Assembly (NCBI GenBank): GCA_002363545.1
Contig: DEWF01000010.1
Location: 80,412 to 144,411 of the forward strand
Direction of reading: 5' to 3'
From: Christensenella sp. UBA3217
GTDB taxonomy: Bacteria; Bacillota; Clostridia; Christensenellales; CAG-1252
Length of the DNA: 64,000 nucleotides
This document shows positions 45,176-54,188 of this stretch, one piece after another. Within the stretch, counting starts at the first letter, position 1, and every line of letters begins with the position of its first letter. A program made the translations under genes and the position numbers. The notes beneath the pieces are model-generated. The model saw only the letters and a program-made list of their open reading frames with translations. It was not told the DNA's origin and made no database searches.

Positions 45176-45287
45176 GGATTTTCTAATGCGGAATGCGTAA
45201 TGCGTAATGCGGAATTTCCTAATGCGGAATGCGGAATGCAGAATCAGCTATGCAATGTCTAATTCGAAATGCGGAATTCGGAATTGT
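45176..45287. repeat. AATGCGG-type heptamer array, block 2 (about 13 units)
   Basis: GGGATTTTCT, then AATGCGG AATGCGT AATGCGT AATGCGG ... AATGCGG AATGCGG AATGCAG ... AATGCGG AATTCGG AATTG. Confidence 0.85.
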
Positions 45288-45375
45288 AGGAGCCTAAAAA
45301 CGCACCTATTTTACACTCTTTGCAAAGGGGGATAGTCTGCCACCATCGGTGGGAGAGGGAAATTTTTTCTGATAG

Positions 45376-45573
45376 TCAGCAAAGCAGATCTTCAAGATCC
45401 ACGTGAAAAAAATCTGCTAATTCCAAAATTTGCGATATGCTCGGTTCGGTGTACCCGGTTTCCCAATGGGAAATGGTTTTTAACGTAATGTGAAGGGCTT
45501 TCGCCAAGTCCTGCTGCGTTATTTTGTTTTCCTTTCGCAAACTTTTCAGATTGTTTTTGAAATTGTTATTCAT
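45376..45573 (-). CDS. XRE-family HTH transcriptional regulator (Cro/cI-like, 65 aa)
   Basis: KITQQDLAKALHITLKTISHWETGYTEPSISQILELADFF is a canonical XRE HTH. Confidence 0.88.
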   Translation of the reverse strand: MNNNFKNNLKSLRKENKITQQDLAKALHITLKTISHWETGYTEPSISQILELADFFHVDLEDLLC

Positions 45574-45592
45574 GCTTTTAGTGTATCAATTA

Positions 45593-45635
45593 TTGAGAAA
45601 TACGGGTTGACATCTCAAAAATTGAGAATTATAAT
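45593..45635 (+). promoter_or_regulatory. Consensus promoter of the giant lipoprotein gene with an embedded palindromic operator
   Basis: TTGACA at 45607-45612, a 17-nt spacer, TATAAT at 45630-45635. The spacer contains the perfect palindrome TCTCAA-AAA-TTGAGA (45613-45627). An extra TTGAGA half-site lies at 45593-45598. Confidence 0.65.
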
Positions 45636-45685
45636 ATAGTTATTACACCACACACGTTTGTTTTACAAACGGCCCCGGAGGAAAA

Positions 45686-48600
45686 ATGAAAAGGTTTTTG
45701 CTTATTTTCGTTATCTTATCACTCAGCCTTTCGCTGCTGTTGTTCGTTGCTTGTGACGTACTTTCGTCAACTCCCGGCAACGAAGATTCAGCGAACTACG
45801 GCATTGCCACCGTGTACGCTTACGCACAAGAAGCGGGGTTCACGGGCACTTTGGAAGAGTTGATAGCGGCTTTCAAAGGGGAATCGGGCAAAAGCGCGTA
45901 TGACCTCGCTGTGGAAAACGGGTATTCCGGTACGGTGAACGATTGGCTCGCCACCCTGATAGGGTCTTCGGGCAAAAACGGTATCACTCCGCATATCGGA
46001 AGTAACGGCAACTGGTTCATTGGGGAAATGGATAGCGGCGTAAAAGCCGCGGGTGATAACGGCGTTGGCATTACCGGCATTGACAAAACGGGCACGCAAG
46101 GCTTGGTGGATACTTACACCATCACGCTCAGTGACGGTCAAACTTACACCTTTACCGTCACCAACGGACAGAATGGCGTTGGACAAAAAGGGGATGACGG
46201 CGTTGGCATTTTGAAGATAGAACATACCGGAACTGATGGCTTGATAGATACTTACACCATCACCCTTACCAACGGTCAAACTTACACCTTTACCGTCACA
46301 AACGGAAGCAATGGTATAAACGGAACCAATGGTATAAACGGAACCAATGGTACGAATGGTATCAATGGCACAAACGGCACGAATGGCGTGGATGGCGTAG
46401 GAATTAAGAGCGTGGATAAAACCAAGACCGAAGGCTTGGTGGATACTTATACCATCACGCTCACCAACGGTCAAACTTTTAACTTTACCGTCACCAACGG
46501 TAAGGATGGCGCTCCCTCCGGTGGTGCGGTTCAGGATGAGAATGCCTCCACTCCCGATTCTTATTTCCGTTTTATCTATGATGAAGAAACCGAGTCTTAC
46601 GCGATCATGGCGCGCTATCAGGATATGCCCTCCCGCGTGGTGATCCCCTCCTCCTATAACGGAAAGCCCGTTACCGGCATTTTGGATAATGCATTTGGGG
46701 GAAGAAACACGATAGATGAGGTCGTGATCCCGCGTACCATAGTAGAAATCGGATATCGTGCATTTGCCGATTGCCGGTGGTTGAGTTCCGTTATTTTTGA
46801 AGAGGGAATCGAACTCACGGAAATTGGTGCAAGTGTATTTTCCTGGTGCACAGCGTTGCGATCCGTGGTCATTCCCGCGAGTGTAACGCGCATTGGATCC
46901 GGGGCGTTTTATTTTTGTTATCAATTGGAGCTCGAAGTACCGGATACCGTCACGGATATCGCGAGTGACGCGTTTGTGAATTGTGCATCCGTGACTCTTC
47001 CGTTCATTGTTTCCGAAGAGCAAATTGCGCAAATGCGTTCGTCAATAAGCAACTATTTGAAGAACTGGCTGATGATTCATGCGCAAGAGACCATCACAAA
47101 TCAATCCTATAATTTAAAAACTGATCTTATGGCTCAGAGCCTTTTTAACTTTTATACACGTGGTGTAGCTTGTGTTCCGAGTTGGTCAGTTACTTTCAAA
47201 AGCGCAACCTATACCTATACCGTTGTGGCATCTTGGAATAGTGGATCCATTAAATTGACGTTTGAGGAGGATGCACGAACCATAGTGTATGATGGATGGG
47301 CAGGAGAACACACCAAAACAACGGATTATATCGAAATAGATGCCGACGACGCTGCTTCCGACAACTTGAACGCGATCATCGAAGCCATGGCTTATTCCGT
47401 GAATGAAGTGACCTCTCAGAGCGTCACCGGCAGGTTCAGCGTGGAAGGTACATTAGCCTTGCAAGTGTACGATATAAAATATTCGCTGAACGTTCGGGCA
47501 AATATCGATCGCAAAAACGCGAGTAACACCCAAATTGCCGCAAGATTGATGAGTGCATCGGGCAAAGAACTGTTAGGGGTGTTTTACGATGGGTCCGAAA
47601 TGGCAGAAGAGAATAGACTTACCGTTAAAGTGGGAGATGGGGCACCCAAGTATATCAATTACGCAAACGTTCTTTCTCTCTTGAATTTGATCCTCTCTCC
47701 GACAGCAGAGAACCCGGGCAAGGGCATCTTTGAGAGTGAATACGAAGGGGACGAGGGCAACTACTACGAGAACGACGTGCACGGTCTCAGCGATCTCCTC
47801 GGCTGGTATGGCATTCAAAATGGTGACCTCATGGAAGGCGTTCTCGATTTTTTGGCGCACGGCTATGAAAGCGAGGACGGCGAGCGCGTCCTCGTGGATA
47901 TCAATCTTGGTGAAGCGATGGCGTACATCGCTGATTTGATCGCGGACTTCGGCATAGACCTCGATCAAATTCCTTTCTTAAATGAGATGGGGCTTGACAT
48001 CAGAACGATGCACGGCTTGCTTGGTCATATCTCTCTTGCCGGATCTTTGAACGGCGATAGACTGTCCGGATTGGAGTTCAGCGTGAATATCCCGGAGAGT
48101 TGTTTCTATTTCTCGGCGGATGAAACCGGAAAGAAATTTGAGTTTTCAAGAGGATTTGCATTGAGTTTGTCCCTGCAAGATTTCACCTTCTCTGCCGACA
48201 ATACTCTGTCTAACGTGATCCCCGAAAGGGTAAAAGAAGAGGCGGAGTACTTTAATCCGACCGATATCGATATCCAAGGGGACGTGACCGTATCTTTGCC
48301 CCAAGATCAAAGCACTTATCGATTCCGCTTCGTATCGGAAGTCAACCTGTTTGAGTTGTTGCAAAACAAGACGAACAGCAAAGCAAAGTTTGTGTTGAAC
48401 ATTCAAAAATCGCCGGGCACGTATTTTGATCCGTACTATGCTTGCAACTTCCTAACCGTCACTTACGAGCAGGAGGAAAAGATCCTATGCGTGAGCGGCA
48501 CCATGCTTGGTTTGGATGACGGCTCGCAATGGTACACGTTGGAGTTTTTTGATCGTGACACCGTAAAGAATGAGATCCTTCGTTGGCTTGGACTTGATAA

Positions 48601-49429
48601 TTGGCAGGGTTTGGAATGGGATGAAGAAAGGGGCATTCTTATTTGCTATAATGATGGAGAGACAATTGCCAAGGAAAGCGCTAAAATCGTGTTCTCTTAT
48701 GCGCTCGTGCCCAATCTGGTGCGGTATTATTACGCTCTGAAGGAAGCGGAATCCGCAAGCGCAGCGGTGGGCTCTTTCTCCATTGCGGATATTCTTTCCG
48801 GCGTGGGCTCGTTCTTTAAAGTTATTGAAAGCGATAATATTTGGATAGACGGTAATCAAGCTGACATCCATTTGAGCAATGATGAATTGAAGAGTTTGTT
48901 AAAGGTGTTTGATTCGTTATTCCAGATCAATCTAACGGATTTAGCGCGTAACGGTGATTGTATAGATTTCGTTTTGAATACGGAAGATTATAATGACGGT
49001 CTGTTGCTTTCATTGCGATTCAGAAGTATAACCTACGCCTTGGAAGCACATTGGGTAAATGACAGATCACTGAACGTTGAGTTCCGTTTGACCTGGGAAA
49101 ACGGCAGACAAAAGGCGTATTCCTTTACGTTGGATAGAGGAGATATCAGTTTGTCTATGGAAAAGAAGGCGTCATCCGGAGAGGTGGAAGAATCTTATCA
49201 AATAGATATCCTATCCATTCATTTTGCGCAGGATAAAGAGCTTTCGGATGTTATCGATTCCTTCATTCCCTCTTTAGAACAAAAGGAGGCGGCAATGCCG
49301 CTTCTCTCGCCGGATGGGACCGGGGCAGGTACGGAACTTGCAAGAGCGGTGCTGTTATTCTTAAATCGTGATACCGTATATCCCATAGCCTCCACGATCG
49401 GAAGGTTGTTTATTAGTTTGATCGTGTAA
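45686..49429 (+). CDS. Giant surface lipoprotein: tail-fibre-like repeats, collagen-like tract, BspA-type LRR, 800-aa unknown C-terminal region
   Basis: Lipobox LLFVAC (Cys22). Three ~45-aa repeats of G.DGVGI..I..T.T.GL.DTYTITLTNGQTYTFTVTNG (aa 123-273). Eleven G-X-Y triplets (aa 207-239). LRR_5-like repeats (aa 315-435, e.g. IPRTIVEIGYRAFADC, IPASVTRIGSGAFYFC). Confidence 0.8.
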   Translation: MKRFLLIFVILSLSLSLLLFVACDVLSSTPGNEDSANYGIATVYAYAQEAGFTGTLEELIAAFKGESGKSAYDLAVENGYSGTVNDWLATLIGSSGKNGITPHIGSNGNWFIGEMDSGVKAAGDNGVGITGIDKTGTQGLVDTYTITLSDGQTYTFTVTNGQNGVGQKGDDGVGILKIEHTGTDGLIDTYTITLTNGQTYTFTVTNGSNGINGTNGINGTNGTNGINGTNGTNGVDGVGIKSVDKTKTEGLVDTYTITLTNGQTFNFTVTNGKDGAPSGGAVQDENASTPDSYFRFIYDEETESYAIMARYQDMPSRVVIPSSYNGKPVTGILDNAFGGRNTIDEVVIPRTIVEIGYRAFADCRWLSSVIFEEGIELTEIGASVFSWCTALRSVVIPASVTRIGSGAFYFCYQLELEVPDTVTDIASDAFVNCASVTLPFIVSEEQIAQMRSSISNYLKNWLMIHAQETITNQSYNLKTDLMAQSLFNFYTRGVACVPSWSVTFKSATYTYTVVASWNSGSIKLTFEEDARTIVYDGWAGEHTKTTDYIEIDADDAASDNLNAIIEAMAYSVNEVTSQSVTGRFSVEGTLALQVYDIKYSLNVRANIDRKNASNTQIAARLMSASGKELLGVFYDGSEMAEENRLTVKVGDGAPKYINYANVLSLLNLILSPTAENPGKGIFESEYEGDEGNYYENDVHGLSDLLGWYGIQNGDLMEGVLDFLAHGYESEDGERVLVDINLGEAMAYIADLIADFGIDLDQIPFLNEMGLDIRTMHGLLGHISLAGSLNGDRLSGLEFSVNIPESCFYFSADETGKKFEFSRGFALSLSLQDFTFSADNTLSNVIPERVKEEAEYFNPTDIDIQGDVTVSLPQDQSTYRFRFVSEVNLFELLQNKTNSKAKFVLNIQKSPGTYFDPYYACNFLTVTYEQEEKILCVSGTMLGLDDGSQWYTLEFFDRDTVKNEILRWLGLDNWQGLEWDEERGILICYNDGETIAKESAKIVFSYALVPNLVRYYYALKEAESASAAVGSFSIADILSGVGSFFKVIESDNIWIDGNQADIHLSNDELKSLLKVFDSLFQINLTDLARNGDCIDFVLNTEDYNDGLLLSLRFRSITYALEAHWVNDRSLNVEFRLTWENGRQKAYSFTLDRGDISLSMEKKASSGEVEESYQIDILSIHFAQDKELSDVIDSFIPSLEQKEAAMPLLSPDGTGAGTELARAVLLFLNRDTVYPIASTIGRLFISLIV

Positions 49430-49455
49430 AAACAGACTTTGCAAAATGGTTAAGA

Positions 49456-49486
49456 AAAATATGCGGCGTTATTGCCGCATATTTTT
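49456..49486 (+). terminator. Rho-independent terminator
   Basis: Stem ATATGCGGC/GCCGCATAT followed by TTTTT. Confidence 0.8.
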
Positions 49487-49541
49487 ACGTTCTCGCGCTT
49501 TCCCTCTTTTGTTTTCCGATATTATGTAGTATAATATCGGT

Positions 49542-51365
49542 ATGAACGATGTGATCAAATTGAAATTGAAGGAGCTCCCCCTAGACAGCGGGGTGTACAT
49601 GATGCGTGACATAAGTGGCGCCATCATTTACGTGGGCAAGGCGAAAAATTTGAAAAATCGCGTGCGTTCTTACTTTAATGCCTCTCCCAAAGCGGAGAAG
49701 GTGCTTTCCATGGTGCAAAAGGTTGCGGACTTTGATTATTTGATCACGCGCAGCGAAGAGGAAGCCCTCGTGCTGGAAAACAACCTGATCAAACTGCACA
49801 AGCCTTTTTACAACATCCTTTTGAAGGACGATAAACTTTACCCCTTTTTGCGAATAGATACTTCCAAACCTTTCCCCAAGGTGGAGGTGATACGCCGCCT
49901 GAAAGCGGACAAGGCCCGTTATTTCGGTCCTTATATGGTGGGCATATCGGCTGCCGAGATGCTTAGGCTCATTCATTCCGCGTTTCCCATTCGTGATTGC
50001 TCGTTAAATATGGATAAGATCCCCAAAAACCATCGCCCCTGTTTGAACGCGCATATCGGGCGGTGTTTGGCGCCTTGCAGCGGGGCGGTATCACGCGAAG
50101 AATATCACCGCGTGTTGCAGGACGTGATCTCCTTTTTGAAAGGAAATGATAACACCATCAAGGAGAATTTGGAGCGTAAGATGCAAGAAGCCTCCGAAGC
50201 CATGCAGTACGAGCAGGCTCTGCGCTACCGCAACGCGCTTTCCACGTTGGACAAGATGATCCGCCGTCAGATCGCCGCCCTTCCCAAGGACTTTAACCTG
50301 GATATTTTCGGGCTGGCTTCGGGCGGGGACGGCATGGCGGTGGCAACCGTCATTGTGCGCGGCGGCAAGATGGTAGGCGGTGAAAAATTTGCCATTCGGG
50401 ATGGGAGCATAGATCTTGCGGGCACTCTTTCCAGCTTTATCAACCGTTATTATGATGGCGGCATCGTGGCGGACGAAGTGGTGAGCGCCATAGAACTGCC
50501 CGATGCGGCGGCGCTTTCAGAACTCCTTTCGGAAAAGAAGGGGGAAAAGGTGGCGGTATCCACCCCCAAAGCGGGCGTGCGCAAACAGCTTGCGGATATT
50601 GCCATGAAAAACGCCATGGAGTACCTGTCCCGCAGTACGGCGGAACTTTCGCGCAAAGAGCGCCTGACCACGGGCGCCTGCCGTCAACTTGCGGATCTTC
50701 TTTCGCTTTCTTCCACTCTTGACAGGATAGAGTGCTTTGATATCAGTCACACGAGCGGCACCGATAAAGTGAGCTCCATGGTGGTTTTCACCAAAGGGGA
50801 AAAGGACGCCAAAATGTACCGCACCTTCCATATCAAAACGGTGGAAGGAAACAATGATTTTGCTTGCATGAAAGAAACGTTGGACCGCCGTTTTGCGCGG
50901 CTCAAAGAGGGCAAGGACGCTTCCTTCGGAACTCGTCCCGACCTGTTGGTGATAGACGGCGGCATCGGGCAGGTGCATTACGCCATGCAGTCCATGAAGG
51001 AAGCGGGGGAAAGCATTCCCATGATCGGGCTTGCGGAGCGGGAGGAGATCATCGTGCTCCCTTCGGGAGAGGAGATCATTTTGCCCAAGTCAAGTTTTGC
51101 ACTTCGGCTACTCATACGCATTCGTGACGAGGCGCACCGTTTTGCCATCACTTTCCATAGAAAACTGCGCGGAAAACGCAGTGTAAAGAGCATGCTTTTG
51201 GATATTGAGGGAATGGGAGAAAAGCGTGTGGCGGCGCTTCACAAAGCCTTTGGCTCGCTGGATGAACTCAGAAACGCCACCGCGGAGGAGATAGCCTCGG
51301 TAAAAGGCATTCCCGCCCCTCTTGCGGAAAAGGTGGTCGCGTTTTTCAAAGAAAACGCGAAATAG
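49542..51365 (+). CDS. uvrC: Excinuclease ABC subunit C
   Basis: GIY-YIG motif (GVYMMRDISGAIIYVGKAKNLKNRVRSY), a UVR domain (YEQALRYRNAL), an endonuclease V-like domain and a C-terminal (HhH)2. Confidence 0.95.
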   Translation: MNDVIKLKLKELPLDSGVYMMRDISGAIIYVGKAKNLKNRVRSYFNASPKAEKVLSMVQKVADFDYLITRSEEEALVLENNLIKLHKPFYNILLKDDKLYPFLRIDTSKPFPKVEVIRRLKADKARYFGPYMVGISAAEMLRLIHSAFPIRDCSLNMDKIPKNHRPCLNAHIGRCLAPCSGAVSREEYHRVLQDVISFLKGNDNTIKENLERKMQEASEAMQYEQALRYRNALSTLDKMIRRQIAALPKDFNLDIFGLASGGDGMAVATVIVRGGKMVGGEKFAIRDGSIDLAGTLSSFINRYYDGGIVADEVVSAIELPDAAALSELLSEKKGEKVAVSTPKAGVRKQLADIAMKNAMEYLSRSTAELSRKERLTTGACRQLADLLSLSSTLDRIECFDISHTSGTDKVSSMVVFTKGEKDAKMYRTFHIKTVEGNNDFACMKETLDRRFARLKEGKDASFGTRPDLLVIDGGIGQVHYAMQSMKEAGESIPMIGLAEREEIIVLPSGEEIILPKSSFALRLLIRIRDEAHRFAITFHRKLRGKRSVKSMLLDIEGMGEKRVAALHKAFGSLDELRNATAEEIASVKGIPAPLAEKVVAFFKENAK

Positions 51366-51457
51366 ATCTCTTATTACGCGCGCCTACGGGTTGATTTTTA
51401 CGTAGTGCATAAGTTATAATAAAAAATAACCCAACCTTTCGGGAGTATCAAGAAGAA

Positions 51458-52270
51458 ATGAAATACAAACTGATCACAAGTGACTTTGATAACACCGTTT
51501 ACGACGGAGAAAGGGTGCATCCCGAAGTAAAAAAAGCCATTGCGGCGTATCGCCGTGCGGGTGGCAAGTTCGTAATTGCCACGGGGCGTGTTTTCGCTTC
51601 CATCTTACATAAATTGCCTTGCATAGGCGAGGTGGATGACGAGGTGATAGCCTGTCAGGGCAGCGCCATTTATCGCGCTTCCACCGGGGAAGTGTTGGAG
51701 CGTTTTCCTCTTTCTCCCGAGCTGGCGAGCAAGGCGGTGCAATACTTTGAAAGCAGAGGGATCGTGTGCCACGCGTATGCCGATATGGCGTTTTACACGG
51801 CTGAAAAGAATCCGCTTTCCGAGGCGTATGCCGATTACTGCGAGGCTCGTCCCACTTATCTCGGTCGTCCGCTCAGTGAGTTTTTGCCCGAAATGGCGTT
51901 TACCAATAAGATTATCGGCATCTTGGGCATCAGCGAGATAGACGGGCACATCCAAGCCCTTGCCGAGTACCTTGGCAAAGAGGCGGAAGTGACCAAAAGT
52001 TCCCCCATCTTTTTGGAAGTGACCTCGGCAAATGCGGGCAAAGGAAACAGCTTACGCGCGCTTGCCAAACGCCTTGGTATTCCCATGGAACAAACGGTGG
52101 CAGTGGGCGATAACTTAAACGACCTTTCCATGGTGGAAGCGGCGGGGCTCGGCGTTTCGGTGGAAAACGGCGTGGATAAATTGAAACAAAAGGCCGATCT
52201 GATCGTGCCCTCGGTGACGGATGGGGGCGTGGCTCGTTTGATAGAACGCATCTTGGATAACGATCTTTGA
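51458..52270 (+). CDS. Cof-type HAD-IIB phosphatase
   Basis: LITSDFDNT (DxD), ATGR, KGNSL and GDNLNDLSM motifs. Confidence 0.85.
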   Translation: MKYKLITSDFDNTVYDGERVHPEVKKAIAAYRRAGGKFVIATGRVFASILHKLPCIGEVDDEVIACQGSAIYRASTGEVLERFPLSPELASKAVQYFESRGIVCHAYADMAFYTAEKNPLSEAYADYCEARPTYLGRPLSEFLPEMAFTNKIIGILGISEIDGHIQALAEYLGKEAEVTKSSPIFLEVTSANAGKGNSLRALAKRLGIPMEQTVAVGDNLNDLSMVEAAGLGVSVENGVDKLKQKADLIVPSVTDGGVARLIERILDNDL

Positions 52271-52287
52271 GTGAAAAGGAGGCGGAA

Positions 52288-53244
52288 ATGTTAGGACGCT
52301 ATAACACGGCAAAGGAAGAAAGGCAGGACGCCAGCGCGGTATGCGCCGCGGATTTTGCCGCCGCGCTCGGGCTCAAAGCCGTGGTGTTAGAGCAAAATGC
52401 GGAACTGCATTTTTCCACTTCGGCGGTGTGCCGCCCCGGCCTTTTCCTTGCGGGATACGAGGAGTTTTTTGCGGCAAGTCGCGTGGTGGTGTTCGGCAGT
52501 GCGGAAATGAGCTTTGCCATGAGTTTAGACGCCGCGCTTCTTTCAAAAAGGATAGATAAACTCTTTTCTCTCGGCATCCCTTGCGCGGTCATTGCACGTA
52601 ATATCAAACCCCTTCCCGCGTTTATTGCGGCGGCGGAAAAATACAAAGTGCCGCTCTTTACTTCTTCCCGCATCACGGGGCAGATAGGCTCCGCCATCAC
52701 CGATTATATCAACGATCTGCTTGCCGAGGAGATCACCATGCACGGCGTGCTGGTGGACGTGGCGGGCACGGGAGTGCTTTTAACGGGTGTGAGCGGCATA
52801 GGAAAGAGTGAAGTGGCGTTGGAACTGGTGCATCGTGGGCACCGCTTGGTGGCGGATGACAGCGTGATCATTCGCAAAAAGAACGGCGTGCTGATCGGTC
52901 GTGCGCCCGATATGATCCGCCATATGCTGGAAATTCGCGGTGTGGGCATCATAAACGTGGAACGCTTGTTCGGTTCGGTTGCCGTGCGCGTAAACAAATC
53001 GGTGGACGCCGTGTTTGAACTTGTTGCTTGGGAAGAGGGCAAAACTTACGAGCGTATCGGTTCGGAAAGCTTGACCCAAGAGATCTTGGGCGTCAGTTTG
53101 CCCAAACTGGAAATACCCGTCAAGGCGGGCAGGAATCTCTTTGTGGTCATTGAAGCCGCCGTGGCTTCTCTCCGTTTGAAGGAGATGGGGTACAGCGCTC
53201 CCTCAGAGCTGGAAGAAAGACTGAAAAAAGCAAACGATCGCTGA
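52288..53244 (+). CDS. hprK: HPr kinase/phosphorylase
   Basis: HGVLVDVAGTGVLLTGVSGIGKSEVALELVHRGHRLVADD and LEIRGVGIINV. ATG after an AAAGGAGG RBS. Confidence 0.93.
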   Translation: MLGRYNTAKEERQDASAVCAADFAAALGLKAVVLEQNAELHFSTSAVCRPGLFLAGYEEFFAASRVVVFGSAEMSFAMSLDAALLSKRIDKLFSLGIPCAVIARNIKPLPAFIAAAEKYKVPLFTSSRITGQIGSAITDYINDLLAEEITMHGVLVDVAGTGVLLTGVSGIGKSEVALELVHRGHRLVADDSVIIRKKNGVLIGRAPDMIRHMLEIRGVGIINVERLFGSVAVRVNKSVDAVFELVAWEEGKTYERIGSESLTQEILGVSLPKLEIPVKAGRNLFVVIEAAVASLRLKEMGYSAPSELEERLKKANDR

Positions 53245-53285
53245 GAAACATATATTATACCGTTTATCATTAAAAGAGGCGGTAT

Positions 53286-54188
53286 ATGGAAAAGACTATC
53301 ACGGCTTTACGAGAAAGAGAGATCCCCTTTGCCGAGGGAGTATCTGCCGAAAGGCTCACCACCTTTGGGAGCGGCGGCAGAGTGCGCTGTGTGATCAGCC
53401 CGCGTTCGGTCAAGGAATTGCGCTTTGCATTAAAGGTTCTATCCGACAGAAGGGTCCCCTCGCGTGTGATCGGAGGTGGGAGCAACGTGCTCTTGCCGGA
53501 CCAAGGCTATAACGGCGCGCTTTTGTCCCTTGCTTGTTTTGATCTTTTGCAAGCGCGCGGCTGTGAAGTCAGCGTGGGCTCAGGTGTTAAAATGCCTCTT
53601 TTTGCCGCACGTATGGCACAAACGGGGCTTTGCGGCGCGGAATTCCTTTGCGGCATTCCCGGGGTGATGGGCGGTGGCGTCATCACCAATGCGGGCGCGT
53701 TCGGCGGCATGCTGTCGGACCTGCTTACAGAGGTCACCTTTCTTTCGGCGGAAGGAGAGGTGGTGAGGTTGCCCGCCTCTTGTTTGACCTTTGGATATCA
53801 CTCGGCGGTGCTCCCCCGGGGTGCAACGGTGCTATCCATGAAAATGCGCCTTGCCCAAGGAGATAGCGTGAGCATCAAAGCGCGTATGCGTGAGATGATG
53901 AACAAGCGGCTTAGCAGTCAACCGCACGAACGTTCGGCTGGGAGCGTGTTTCGCAAAACGGGGAATACGTCCGCCGCCATCTATATTGAGCAAACGGGAC
54001 TCAAAGGCAAGAGGATCGGCGGTGCGCTCCTATCCGCCAAGCATTGTAATTTTATTGTGAACGAAGGTTCGGCAACCACACAGGAGTATTATGCGCTTGC
54101 TGAACTTGTGAGAGAAAGAGTAGCGGCGCTTTGCGGCGTCAGACTGGATTACGAGGTGGAAAGAATATGCTCACCGACAAAGAGTTAA
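53286..54188 (+). CDS. murB: UDP-N-acetylenolpyruvoylglucosamine reductase
   Basis: FAD-binding domain (TTFGSGGRV, IGGGSNVLL) and the catalytic region SAGSVFRKT. Confidence 0.9.
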   Translation: MEKTITALREREIPFAEGVSAERLTTFGSGGRVRCVISPRSVKELRFALKVLSDRRVPSRVIGGGSNVLLPDQGYNGALLSLACFDLLQARGCEVSVGSGVKMPLFAARMAQTGLCGAEFLCGIPGVMGGGVITNAGAFGGMLSDLLTEVTFLSAEGEVVRLPASCLTFGYHSAVLPRGATVLSMKMRLAQGDSVSIKARMREMMNKRLSSQPHERSAGSVFRKTGNTSAAIYIEQTGLKGKRIGGALLSAKHCNFIVNEGSATTQEYYALAELVRERVAALCGVRLDYEVERICSPTKS

